A DNA stretch of 64,000 nucleotides from Amoebophrya sp. A120. Lineage: Eukaryota; Protista; Dinoflagellata. The stretch spans positions 8,344,556-8,408,555 of the forward strand of contig CAJINV010000005.1 in assembly GCA_905178155.1 (NCBI GenBank). Direction: 5' to 3'. This document shows positions 1 to 12,019 of the stretch, piece by piece. The stretch's first letter is position 1, and every line of letters begins with the position of its first letter. The translations under genes were made by a program, and so were the position numbers. The notes below the pieces were generated by a model. It saw only the letters and a list, made by a program, of their open reading frames with translations, made no database searches and had not been told where the DNA came from.

Positions 1-2094
1 TTGGTTTCCTGTTCGTGTCCGCGGTGGCGCGCCACTTTCTCGAGCCGACGCGGGAGCGGGGAAGCACAACCTCTGACGAAAATACGGCCGCGGGAAATGA
101 GAGGATTCTAACGGCGGTGACCATCGGCGCAGATAGCGAGACGGAACCTGCTCCGGCGCAGTCTACTACTTTTGTCGACCACGAAGAGGCGACGCCCGCG
201 GCGAAGGGCGAAATCGATGCAGCTGTGGACACGACTGCAAGCAGCGCAGCGAGCGAAACGGCGCCACCCGGCGAGGTCGTGGTTGCGCGAGAAACTGCGC
301 CTGCAGCCGGGGACGGCGCGACGGGCACTCTGTTTCTTGAACGAGAAGCAGCAGCTGTGGACCGGCGGGGAGAACAGTCTTCACGTGAATTCGCCGAAGA
401 CCCCCGTTTCGGATCGATCGCACACGGTAAGGCACTTGTGGAAAAAGCTATGGACAAGCAAAATGGAAAATGGGTATCTCGATTTGACGTCAACCCCGTC
501 CTTGATGAATACCGGGTTGCTTTCCGGCTCGTGCTCCAGAAGAACGCGCTCAAACAGGACGCGTGCCCAATCCAGATGACCAGCGCTGAGATTCAATCTT
601 CTGACCCCGCCACGAGTTCTGAGGCACAGGTTGAACACGCCACGAGGTCTGCGCCTGAGGCTTCTTCTCCGCATGATTCTTGTGCGGAAGAAGTGTTGCA
701 GTGGGTACGCGGAAGATTTTTGGTTGAAGATGATAATGCGGTTGGTGTCCATGAGAATCCATTCTTGACCTTGCACTCGCACCTCCTCGTCGATTTGAAC
801 GGAAGTGAAACTTCATCGAATTTGCGGACCGTGTGCCAGGGGGAAATCACAAAGCTCAAGAAGGCAGCAACGGAGTCTGGTCCGTAGGCACTGCAAATAT
901 GTCTTGGTCTGGAAACTTGCGATGCTGGTTGATCGCAGTGATCGAGCATCGTCTCCAGTGCGGCCAAGCATGGCAAATTTCTGTGACGCCTTCTCATGCG
1001 TAGCGCTCATTAGAGACTGCTTATTTTTTGCCAAAAAATAAAAGAAGTCGCGCTTTTGTTAGTCACGCAACACAGATTTCGCAGTCATGTACGCCAGGCA
1101 ATACACAAGGGACAGGCTCCACTTTTCCAGACCCAGGAGACATATTTGCACTTAATACTGTGTCGTGGTGGGCAAATTTTAAGGCCAGAACGCACTTTCG
1201 TCTTTTTCCAGTGTATGCCAAGAAAAAAGTGTTAGAGTACTAGATGTGCACATACGTTGATTGTGTATTGTAGTTTCTGGCCAAGCACGTGCACGACTGC
1301 AGCGAAGGTCTGCAATGCAAGACATGCTCAAGAACACGAGTCTAGGTTCAGCATCCGTGCTGTTTTCCCTCATGATCATCTCTGCATTGAAAATTTGCTC
1401 GGTGATGAGGTAGGAGGAAACCTGTGTTGCTGGAGTTACAGCAAATCTGTGAAGAAGACTGTAGGTCCTAACACTTTTGTTTTCTTGGCATACAGAATAC
1501 GCGACCAAGCGGTATGTGGTGCTGCCGTTGCTGAAAAAGGCACTGCATCGCTGCGAGGAATTTGCCTCCGAGGAGCTTGCGCGGTCGAAGGCTGCAGATG
1601 AACGAACTGGAGCTGAAAAGCGCTTTTCTACAGAAGGCCCACCGGCAGGTGCACCAGGACCGGCACGTGCACCAGGCGAGGCAGGAGCTGGACGGGGAGT
1701 CGCGTCAGGGCCCGCGGTCGAGCTGCGTCAGGGCGCCACTGCCGCAGCCGCGTCACGCATCGAACCCGCCGCACCCGCCGCAGCCGCGTCACGCATCGAA
1801 TTCGCCGCACCCGGCGCAGCTGCGTCACCGATCGCACCGGCAGCAGCCGCCGACCGGCCCGCAGTCAAAGGCGCACCAGCGGGTGCTTCTCCAGCTCACA
1901 GTGGGCCTGCGAGGCCCTCGGGTGTGGGCGTGAGCGAGCCGAGCCGGCCCGGGTCTGCTTCCCCCGCACCCGGCGGGCATCAACGTGCGAATCCCTCGGA
2001 TCCGGGAGCAGGTAAGCGCACGCCTATAGCAGCCCATGAATGCATACGCATGTTGACAAACCGCATGACACAATACGCCACCAACCCAAAATAA
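1..2094 (+). CDS. 5'-truncated repeat-module protein, paralog of 12020-15720; interrupted by introners at 885 and 1214; probably continues past the in-frame TAA at 2092
   Basis: The FLFVSAVARHFLEPTRERG module is near-identical to the copies at 12085 and 14077. Removing the two elements joins KKAATES..SWWANFKARTHFRLFP..YATKRYVVLPLLK, colinear with the paralog. Confidence 0.75.
885..1157. mobile_element. Introner, family A (TIR core TGCAAATATGTCTGGGTCTGGAA)
   Basis: TAGGCACTGCAAATATGTC...GACATATTTGCACTTAATA. TSD is decayed (gtccg/ctgtg). The site is empty in the paralog at ~15185. Confidence 0.85.
1214..1492. mobile_element. Introner, family E (TATGCCAAGAAAA...TTTTCTTGGCATA)
   Basis: TIR seen; TSD cagtg/cagaa; same position as the element at 15240 in the paralog. 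Confidence 0.9.
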
Positions 2095-3118
2095 AAAAAA
2101 AAAACAACAGCGCCACCAGGAGCGGCGGGAGCTGCCGCAGCTGCGCCACCGGTCGCACCGATCGCACCGTTCTGGCAAGAACAAGAGGACCTACCCAATC
2201 CGCAGCCAGGTACCTTGCAAGTTTTTTTCTTTCCGTCAGCATGATTGGAGGAGGAGGTCCCAGTGCACTGACTTCTTGCTTGCGACAAACCCAAGGATTT
2301 GGCGCACGCTCGCATCTTCCCAAAGAGATGCAACAGGCGCGGCGCCGTTGTAAAGCCTGAACTGACAATTTCTATAACTCAACTATACGATTAGATGTTG
2401 TAGTCGAGACAATGAGGTGCAGGTGGAGTACTAAGATTAGCATGAAGAAAGAAGCCAAGTAGCGCTTGTCCACGACTTCTACTCGAATGCCTGCTCAAGG
2501 GATCGATGGGGCGACTAATTGGACTACTAGCAAATTAATGTTGCTCACAGGAAATTTCGATGTTCCGTATGCATACTCGTAGAAATGTGGTTTCTGAATG
2601 AAAAAAGGTTCTTTCGATCCTATTTATTGAGCAGCAGCGTCCTCACGAGTGGCATGCTCTATGTACGAAAAAAACTTGACGACATTTATTCTTGTGATGC
2701 ATTTATATGCGAAATTACTATCTCTTCCCTCGCAGGAGTCGACGAGCAAGGTGCGACCCCCTCGGATAAGGGTGTTCGCGAGCCGAACCAGCGCGGGAAG
2801 TGGATGGGCTACGACGTGAACGATGCCATGGATCCCGGGCAAGATAGAGGCAGTGGCTTCGTTTTTGCTGCCAGATTCAAGGACGACTTGGAAACCGGGG
2901 CAAAGGGGGTGGCGCTCGCGTATCCAAGGCAAGACGGGGTGGAAAAGGGAAAAGTAAAGGTGTTGATCGTGCCATTCAAGCCCGGGGGGGAGGAGTCTCC
3001 CGTGCGGATCGAAATGGTCTCGGCGGACGACCTCGTTCTCTCGCTCGCGTTGCCGCAGCTCGGATATGGACGCGGAAGTAAAGCGACACTGGAAAACGCT
3101 TTGCTCGGCCCGGATTCC

Positions 3119-3380
3119 TATGCAATGTAAAAATGTCTGTGTCTGGAAGGTTGCAACCTGTAATGCTAATTCTGGATCGTGCAAAAATCTGTGTTGCATG
3201 AATGCCAAAAGCTGTCCACTTTTGACCAAGTTGAGAGGAAGTTTCTCATGCAGGATAGGCACGGTACGGATCTCACAGAATCTGTCATGCTAGGTCTCGC
3301 ATTCCAGACCTCATGGCTTATGCAAAACGTGCATGACAAGTCTCAGAACCTTCCAGACCCAGACATTTTTGCATTTCATA
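3119..3380. mobile_element. Introner, family A
   Basis: TATGCAATGTAAAAATGTC...GACATTTTTGCATTTCATA; perfect TSD attcc; removal restores frame. Confidence 0.93.
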
Positions 3381-3511
3381 ATTCCATGGTGCGCGGGGTG
3401 TCGGTGAAATTTTCGGACCACGGACAAGACGCAAAAGAGATTTTTTTCTCCGCGGCCGCGTGCGCCAGGTCCTTCGGGTGGACAGCGGGGTTTTACGTGC
3501 AACAGCCTGAC

Positions 3512-3831
3512 TATGGGAGTGTAGTCAGGATTGAAATCGACAAAGTTGAAATAACTTATAATGCATAAAGCCGATACCAGTTGGAGGCCTAATTTTAAAG
3601 CGGTGCATGACAAATTTCGGCACCGTCTAAAGTCAGTTTGTTACGCTGTTTGGGCACAGAAGACGGCTTTTGTCATGCTAGTTTAGTAGCTCTATTTCAA
3701 ACCCTAAACAGGCTCACAATCGCCCTCACTTGCCATCCCGGCAAGACAGGCACTTCATGCCTTGCATTTTCTGCATGACAAGTTATTTTTTCAACTTTGT
3801 CGATTTCAAGATCAAGCCTGACGCTTCCATA
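3512..3831. mobile_element. Introner, family B (TATGGRAG..GTCAGG..TTGAAATCGACAAAGTTGAAA)
   Basis: ~45-bp imperfect TIR; perfect TSD ctgac; removal restores frame. Confidence 0.9.
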
Positions 3832-4335
3832 CTGACGCCGGTGGCGCGGCACCAGCCACGGAGAAGCCGAAGTTCGCCGCCGCAGATGTTGTGCTGCGTG
3901 ATCCTGCGACAAGCACTGATTTGGAAGTCCACGTTTTGGAGGCTGTCGGATGGCCTTACGGACGCGGCGGGGACGGACTCGATTATGCGCTCAATAAGTT
4001 GCCTTTGCCACTAACGATCGGCGATGCTGACGGTCTCGACACCAAACCCAGGACGACTCTGTTCGCACAAAACGCGTTTTTCTACATCTTGCAGCAGACA
4101 GAAGACGCATCCATGGTAAATATGCAACTGCGGAGCTTTCGGCGTATGTGTCCTGGCAACTTTGAGAAAGAGGTGTGCCGTATCCTCAATGAAAACGTCT
4201 TAGACCAACCAGTTTCAGCTTGGGAACTCTGCAACACAAATCCAGAAGTTTTGGAAGTCACGAGTGTGTGGCCGCAACTTCGTCTCTGTATTGTGGCGCA
4301 GCTGGCTAGCAAGGACAGTCGGGCCATGATATCCA

Positions 4336-4484
4336 TATCCTGTGTAGTGCTCACAGCATTACAAATGCCAAGGCACGATTGAAAATGGCACTCATGAGAA
4401 TGCGCATTACGAGAAGGGTGCCTGTGATTGCGTGAAATCTACTGCATTACAAGTCTGGGGTGGGGACGTTTTTTGCGCAGGATA
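4336..4484. mobile_element. Internally deleted introner, family C
   Basis: Right end GTGGGGACGTTTTTTGCGCAGGATA matches family C; left end is only TATCCTG; TSD atcca/tgcca. Confidence 0.55.
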
Positions 4485-5076
4485 TGCCAGGGTGATCAAA
4501 GCAAAGCAAAACATGAAAAGCACAAAGGCTCCAGCTGCAGCGCGGGCTGGAGTGGGATTCCAGACTTCGGGCAGTTCTCCGTCATGACGCATTGGCGGGA
4601 CAGATTCTTGACGGGGCTGATTATCAATCCAGATGTATCATGTGCATTTGGCATCCCAACATGCCGCCACATCTTTATGGGTCTCCAAGGCCGCGGCTAT
4701 TGCATGCGCTTGAGGTCCTGTTGCAATATGACGCGCCGCGGCTCGTCAAGCTTTTGCCCAATTACTCCAAAATGCTCATAACTCACGATGCAGGTAAGCG
4801 CTTCACACTGGTACAACTTTTAGTATACAAATAAGAGGATCTGGGCCGGGCTGTGCGTCATGTCTTTTATGTGCAGCTCGAGGGCTTGTGCGGTGCGAGC
4901 TTGGCTTGTTTTATACGTCGGAAAACCGGCTCAAGGAGGTGGTAGCATTCGCTTGCAGCCTGAACACAAGCCGAGCACTCGCATCACAATAGCCCTCCTT
5001 CGAGTATACCTTACAACTTCTTCGCGCTAGTAAATAAGTTTTCAGAAAAATCTTTGACGTTCGCTGTGGCCTGAAG

Positions 5077-5406
5077 TATCAAAACAAAAATGCCTTCCTC
5101 CTCATAATTTTAAACACCATGGGAGTAAGAAAAATGGTTTACGAGGGCAATCGAGAGCGCTTGGTTCTATTTTGTAGACGATTTGTTTCTGTTCTTGTCT
5201 AGTTTGCAGACGATTTCTACTGAGCCAGCATCTGTCTTCATGCCGCATAACCAGAATTCGACTCGCCGCACAGGCTAGAAATCCGAGGGCCTGCTCGTCG
5301 CTGCAACACGACAAACTAATTTGTGTACTACACAAATTATTTGATCATGCTTGATCAGAAATTTCTTTTTGAGCAGTATGAGGAGGGGGGCATCTTCCTC
5401 ACAATA
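5077..5406. mobile_element. Degenerate introner, family F-like
   Basis: TATC..ATGCCTTCCTCCTCATA and TATGAGGAGGGGGGCAT..CACAATA are inverted ends; TSD not recognisable. Confidence 0.55.
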
Positions 5407-5634
5407 ATTCGGATGATATTGGCACATCATACACTATGGTACATGCCGCGTATGCTATGCGCGATCACGTACACTCGGCTAGTTTGTTAGAATGGGGCTG
5501 CGAAAGCCGTGAAATGACCAAGACTACCTCGATACAAGAGCAAACCCAGCAGGGAACGTACTACGGTCGAAAAAATCATTACGGTCACCTCAAGGGCAGC
5601 ACGAAGATTGAGGCCGACTACTCGAAGTACGATT

Positions 5635-5902
5635 TATCCACAGCAAAGAGATCTGGGTCTGGAAGATTGCCAGGTTTCTCGTGCATATTTTGCATGATCC
5701 ATGATGCCTGTCGTGCATGGCCGAGCTTCCCACATTTGTGGAGTGCTTTCTGATGCCTATGCCGCATGTGTAGAAATGCCGTACCCGCGTAGCACAAACT
5801 AGACTTCTGTAACTTGGTGGTCATGCTACACAGATTTTTTTAGAATTGAAAGACAGGCAGCGTCACACCAGGCCTAGACATAATAAGTATTTGCATTGCA
5901 TA
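5635..5902. mobile_element. Introner, family A (reverse orientation)
   Basis: TSD cgatt; removal joins DYSKYD to LLKDEW. Confidence 0.9.
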
Positions 5903-6568
5903 CGATTTGTTGAAAGACGAATGGAGGGGTCCTCTGAAAACGAAAGAGATCGGTAGCCTTGATCGTTTCGCGAGGAGTAGTGCTGACGAGCAAGCGAAAA
6001 CGACGAATGAGGCCATTGTGTGCCAACGTAGCGAGGCCGACAACCCGGTCGAGGGTCTCCTGCTCCTCCTCCCGAAGCCCGATCAGCAACTGGTGGGAGG
6101 AACCTCGGCACCGTTTGCGAAGCCCAACGAGGCGATGAAGTTTCGGGACTTCCTAGAAAAGTACAAACATCTGCGACTTTTCCTGCGCGGGCCGGACAAC
6201 GAACCCTTCAACATGCGTGTGTTCGACAACGCAGAGGGGAAAAAACTCTTGAACAAGCTGGCAACGGAGGACGAGCAGGCGAAGATTACGTGGGAGGCGC
6301 TGGTTGGTGGAAAAGTTGGCGGTAATCAAGGAAAAAGGAGCCAGTCACGATGTGCCTTTCGCGTTTTTTATTTTTTGCCACGGCATTGGTATTTGAATTT
6401 CGTTTGTCATCAAGATATGCATTTGTTGTGTCTGTGTGTATAGGAAGTCGATGAAAACAACATTATATATAATTGTCTTTGTCGATGTTTTGTACCATGA
6501 CGCCTTGATGCAGTCGCTTCTGTAGAAGTGAGATGGCAAGCCGCGAAAAGCGTTTCCTCAGCACGGGA

Positions 6569-6851
6569 TATCCTGAGTAAAAACATCCCCACACCAGGGT
6601 CAAGATGGGGATTTTGCAACACAAACCTAGAACTTTTGGGGGTCACGCATCACAAGTTGCAGTCCGTAGTGTAGCGCAGGTTCGCAAGGCCAGCTGCATC
6701 AGAAATCCATCTGCTCATCCTGTTTACAGCATTACAAATTCCAAAACACGACTAAAATAAAATGCCTCTCCTGGCGATGCGCATTACAAATGTTCCTGTC
6801 ATTGCAAATCTGCATGACAACTCTGGTGTGGGGACGTTTTTACTCAGGATA
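6569..6851. mobile_element. Introner, family C (TATCCTGAGTAAAAAC...GTTTTTACTCAGGATA)
   Basis: ~30-bp TIR; TSD cggga. A solo family-C end also lies at ~7210. Confidence 0.92.
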
Positions 6852-6910
6852 CGGGAACTGGCGTGCTTATATAGCATGAGCGATCCTCGTGATGAAGTTT
6901 CTTTCTTGCA

Positions 6911-7135
6911 TATGAGAGTGCACAACTCACCCTCCCCCTCATTTGTAGGGCATGAGGAGCAATACAAGCGTCGGCAAGAGTGCAGGCTTTGCATGACGAA
7001 TTCGCCCCGGATGGTAGGGTTGTTTGGGCTGCCAGAATCTGTCATGCAAAGAAGTGCCACGAGGCAAACGGAAAGGCGCGTTTGGTATTCAACATGACAA
7101 ATGAAGAGGGGGAGGGGGAGTTGTGCACCCTCATA
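6911..7135. mobile_element. Introner, family D (TATGAGAGTGCACAACTC...)
   Basis: TIR seen; TSD ttgca. Confidence 0.92.
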
Positions 7136-8918
7136 TTGCATACCTGGCATCGAGAAGCCTCGGGTCTGGAGGGGAGAGATGCGCCCGCCAACAGGGAATG
7201 GGGATTAGGTATCCTGGGTAAAAACGTCTCCATCTTCCGGTAGTTGTCATGCGAACTTCTTTTTTTCGTAGGCGTACTATCTAGTTTGTTTTCATGGCTG
7301 CACTTTGATTTTTTCTTTCTGTTTTTGAGTAAGTGTAAGTGACTGCTTTTTTCGATTAAGTACCTGAGGTTGCTCGGCTTTCACTTTGACATGATAATCT
7401 TGAGTTTTTTTGAACATAGTTCCTTCTGACGTAATTTTTTCACCACGATCGATTCGCTATTAGCTTTTCTCTTTTGTTTTTGTCGATGTATGTCATCCTA
7501 CTTTCTCCAAGCGTTTCGGTTTGACTTTCAAGACTCCCAACTTACTCATAAGCCTACTTTCATTCGTGCTTCCCCTTTCCAAGTAAGTACTGCGCGAGAC
7601 ACTGTTCTTCACTTCCACAGCATGTAGCAAATCGATAAAATAAAAAATCCACAAACATGATCAAGAGAGCACGAATAAAAGCAGAAGAAACCGCTCTTCC
7701 CTCTCAAGCTCTACGGCATTCCTTCTTTTTTTCGCACACTTTCGAAAACAGAAACTCAAAAAAGAATAGAGCTTTTCTAAATTTTTCAAACATTTTTTTC
7801 GCTAACAACCAACATTCATATCAGTTTTAATACGTTTTTTGCAGATGCAAACGCCGCCCTATTCATTTTGTCACTGCAAGGTGGAAGCAGCTTCGTGTCA
7901 CAGCCCCCGTCGCAGTTCGCAGGTGAAAAATCTATCACCGAAGCGCCACGATAAGCTAGTCTACTACCGCAGTAGTTGCAGTTTCTATTATTTTTATTCT
8001 ATTTGAAATACTAGGCCTGTTGTTCCTGTTGTAGCAGGCGTATTTTTGATTATGTTGTCAGAAGTTGAGCGAGGTTTGACTTGATACTCCTGTATGATTT
8101 TCAACATGATCTTTACACTTCTGTTCAAAAAGCGCCGAACGGGAAAAAGAACGCACGAACCTTTTCAATAGCAAATTGTTGGTGTAAGAATGAACGTTAA
8201 GAGGCTGCATCAAGAGAGCCGAAAATGGCATATCGTGGCGGGACCGGAGAAAGAGGAACTGTTCCACCCTCGTCGTTCAGGTGCCGCTAAGTAGCAAACA
8301 CGACCTTCGGATGAGCTGTATCCTCTTTTTGCTTGATGTTTGTACGTAGCATCTTCACTTCACCTCGGATGTCTTTTTGCTTGATGTGTAGTCTTCGCGC
8401 TCCGGCGGAAGGCGGTAACCACGTAGAGAAGTTTGTTTACTGTTGACAAAGGTAAGAACGTCCTCGGTAGAAGTTCCGCACATACGTATTAATTTCGTCC
8501 GCAACATCAAGAAGGATCGGTTTGTTTCGTGTGCAACTACGCTTCGATCGGTAGTTTTATTCGTACTTCTGACACGAGAATCTTCTCGGTGGACGATGGT
8601 CTATCTTCGATTTCTTGACGTCCGTCGAAGAATTCGCTCTCGCTTCGTCCATAGTTCATCAAAACCGTGCAAATAAGAATGTCGTTGTGCTTTTGCTTAG
8701 TGCTATTTTCACGCATTTGCGTGTAGAAGATGTCGCTCGTCATGCTTGGAAAGGATTGAGATCATTGTGAAAAAAATACGCTTCAGTGGACAACTCTTTT
8801 TTCCACTTCTTCCCCCTAGTTCCCCGCGAAAAAGAATTTTTGTCGTCTTTAACGTGTTCCTCAAGTTTTGACAAAGACTCCAGGCTTAGAAAAAAAAGAA
8901 CACAAGCGAATTTTTAAT

Positions 8919-8972
8919 CAAACGAATATTTTTCGAACCAAAAATATATTTTTGATAAAAAATATTCGTTTG
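8919..8972. repeat. AT-rich imperfect palindrome; its left arm recurs as a direct repeat at 11857-11876
   Basis: CAAACGAATATTTTT ... AAAAATATTCGTTTG with a central CAAAAATATATTTTTG palindrome. Confidence 0.7.
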
Positions 8973-9259
8973 GTAACGCATTGAGTGGTGTCGCGAACGA
9001 CATTGGATACCGTGCAGCGTTTGCGCCCTGCGGGCGATCTAGGACAAGAGATCGGCCGGTGTCGTAGTCGTTCGGAAATCTACACATAACTTTTTTGCAG
9101 TTGCAGTTCCTTTCTGCAGTTGCGCACTCGCACGTGTTTCCGCTGAGAAATTCGCCTTCGTTATTTCTTTCGGCGGAATTGTCGTACCTGGGGCGGTTTA
9201 CTTTTTTCCTTTTGCGCACGTTAGGAAGATGCGTAGTGCTTTGCGATCCGGCCGCGAAA

Positions 9260-10930
9260 ATGTTTGACGCACGCAGCGCGCGCTTGCTTGCGTCAGTAGT
9301 GGCGATGGTGTGCGCGTGGTGTTTTGTGCTCCGAGATCAGGAAAAAAATTTGGCGCGCTGCGCGCGCACAGGTGTCTTTGTTTTGGCAGTTGCTTGCGAT
9401 GCCCATGTCGCGTTCGGCAATCGGGGGCCGCAGGCGGCCGAGAAAAAAAATAATGCGCGCTGCGCGCGCACAGACGCCCTGACCTGCTTCGGTCATTGCG
9501 TCTGGCCGAAAAAATTTTCTTGCAAACCTGGCGCTGGCGCGACGGACCGAAGCTTTTTTTTCGCGCCCAGCAGCCGGAAGCTGGCCGACGAGAGAGCTTT
9601 CGAGCGCTGCGTGCGCGCAGGCGCCTCCCTTGGCCTTGGAGCGGGGAAAATTTTTTGCAGCGCGCCCGGCAGTCGGGGGCTAAGAGGAAAAAAATTTTCG
9701 CGCGCTGCGCGCGCGCAGACACCTGAGTTGGCTCTCGCGCGGGGTGAGGGCGCGGAAAGCTTTATTCGCGTTCGGGAGCCAGCGGCCTACCGGGGAAAAA
9801 ATGCTCGCGCGCGCGCTGCGTGCGTCCAGACCCCTTGGACTGAGGGCGCGGAGGGTTTTTGTCGCATGCGGGCGCGGGCGGTTGGTCGGAAAAAAAAATT
9901 CCGCTCGTTGCGCGCGCGCAGACATCTCGGCGAAGGGGCGTCAAGCTAACCCCGGGGGCTGGCCGGATAGACTGGCGGGCAGGCACGGTGGGTCGCACTT
10001 TGTTTTTTCGCGCCTGGCAGTCGCAGCTCGGCTGGAATGCAAGTTTGCGCGCGCGCAGGCGCGTCGGCTTGAAAACGCGGACAGCTTTGCTCGCGTCCGG
10101 CAGCCGGGGGAGCGATGGTCGTGAAAAAAAATCTGGCGCGCTGCGCGCGCGCAGTCGCCTCGGCCTTATAGCGGGATGTGTTTTCCTCTTCGAGATCTGT
10201 ACGTGCGGGCCTGCCTTAAAAAAGTGCGCGCCTCGCGCACTCGCTGCCGCCTTCGCCTAGAATCGCGGAAAGTTTTCTCTTGCCCGGCAGTCGGAAAGTG
10301 GCACGCAAAAAAAATTTCGCGCGCTGCGCGCGCGGGGATGCCGTGGCCTGCGAGTGCGGAGAGCTAGCAGCTTGCTCTTACCCGGAGCCCGGGGCTTTGC
10401 CGGGAAAAAATGTTGCGCGCGCGCAAGCGCCCCGATTTGGTAGCGCGAATAATTTTTTTGCGAGGTGTGCGCGGAGGCCTGCCTGAAGCACAATGCTCGC
10501 GCGCTGCGCGCGCTCGCTGGCGGACGCCTTGGCAGGGGGGCGCGGAATTCTTTTCACGCCCGGCAGTCGGTAGCCGGCAGAGTGGGCGCGCGGAAAGCGC
10601 GCAGAGTGGGCGCGTGGAGTTGTTTCTTTTGTCACGTTCGGCATTAGTAGTTGGCTTGGAAAAAGATTGCCTTTGCGCCGTGCGCGCGCAGAGGCCTTAG
10701 CCTGAAGGCGCCGTAGGTATGTCTTTACCTCGCCACGAGGCGGTCCGGGGCTGGTCGGATAAAGAAAAGGTCTTCGCCCGCTGGGCGCGTGCAGAGGCTG
10801 CCCGGGCCTGAGGGTGTGGGGCGTTAGCGCCGTGTTCCGCGACGACTGAGGGCGCGGAGCGTTTTTCTCGTGACCCCTGACCGGGCGCCGCCCGGGTTCG
10901 TTTTTTTCTCTTCGCGCACTGCCCGCGCCC
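9260..10930. repeat. Degenerate ~95-100-bp tandem repeat (A-tract followed by GCGCGCTGCGCGCGCA)
   Basis: Motif seen at ~9341, 9441, 9600, 9691, 9800, 9891, 10041, 10125, 10311, 10405, 10491, 10671 and 10771. Confidence 0.8.
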
Positions 10931-11550
10931 AGACAGTCTCCTGTGAGTGTTGTAAACGAAATGGCGCTCGGGCCGTGCCATTCAATGAATGTAGTTTTTT
11001 TTCACTCCCCGCGCAGCGTGGCGAGCATGCCACCCTAAAGGCCCCGCGCATGCTCGCCCTGTCTCCGAGGTATAGTAGCTACGAAAGCCGCACGCTCGCC
11101 CGAGTAGCAGTCGTTTTAAGAATGACAAATAGCCCGCGAAAAGGGTGGGTCTTTGTTGGCCGTCTTTTTTGTGAGGGCCAAACCACTGCGCAAATAGCTC
11201 GGGTCTCTATCCCGCCCGCGTTTTTGCGGTTCGCATGGGGAATCTTGGAAACCCGGGGAAGCCATGGGGCACAGAAGGGCGGGAAGAAGACTAAAGAAGT
11301 GGGCACCAACGCAACCCCAACCTGAAGGATCGGGAAACAAAGAGGCTTCGGGGGTTTGGGCTTCGAGAATGACGGGGTAGGCCCGTGGATGCAGATGCAG
11401 TCGTCCAGGCCGTCGCTGTCTGGCAGTCGCTCAGGTCGCGCCTGCAGACACCTATCTGCAGGCTAGAGCCATTGCTTCTTCCCGACGAAGCAGTGTTTCA
11501 GGTTTCTGCCTGAAGGAGATAGACGCCTTCATTTTGGGTCCATCTTCAAT

Positions 11551-11630
11551 CTTGGCCCTTCTGCGGCCGCCCTGGCCCTCCTTGGCCTTCTGAGGCCGCC
11601 GTGGCCCTTCTTGGCCTTCTGAGGCCAAGA
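11551..11630. repeat. ~29-30-bp tandem minisatellite, about 2.7 copies (CTTGGCCTTCTGAGGCCGCC...)
   Basis: Seen directly in the sequence. Confidence 0.7.
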
Positions 11631-12019
11631 AGGGTGCAGGGGTCCGGGCAATCGGCCAAAAGGATATATCTTTTCAAAAGCATATTTTTTTCAAAGGGAT
11701 ATTTTTGCGATATTTTCGCCAATTCCTTGCCTTTTTATGCTTTTGGTTTCTCTTTTTCTTTTTCTTTTCTGTCTTTTTTCTTTTCTCTTCTTTTCCTTTG
11801 TGTTTCTCCTTATCTTTGTCATTTTCTCATCCTCTCGTATTCAAATGAATATTTTCAATCAAACGAATATTTTTCGTGTTCTTTCTCTCCGAGCTCAGAC
11901 TCCGAGCTCAGACTGTTTTCCTTATTTTCATGAACTTCATTTTCATCTTCCATTCGAGGACCCCGACATATTTTTATTTGCACTTGATAGCGAAGCAGAG
12001 GCAGTAGCGGAACAAGGCG

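Larger units (their letters stand above)
2736..7200 (+). pseudogene. Downstream exons of an unknown protein, likely the continuation of gene 1-2094 via a GT-AG intron 2210-2735; possibly decaying
   Basis: Joins read PNPQP|GVDEQGATP, GPDS|MVRGV, QQPD|AGGAAP and SKYD|LLKDEW. I could not keep the frame continuous around 4490-5430 or after ~6340. Confidence 0.45.

Noticed and set aside
2092-2094. Stop-codon reassignment (alternative genetic code)
   Set aside because: Only one in-frame TAA was found. More than 18 kb of WNK coding sequence has none, and TAA, TAG and TGA all end gene models here.
9095-11325. ORFs such as 9095-9949 (284 aa)
   Set aside because: They arise from the GC-rich satellite (ARCAR repeats) and show no protein-like features.
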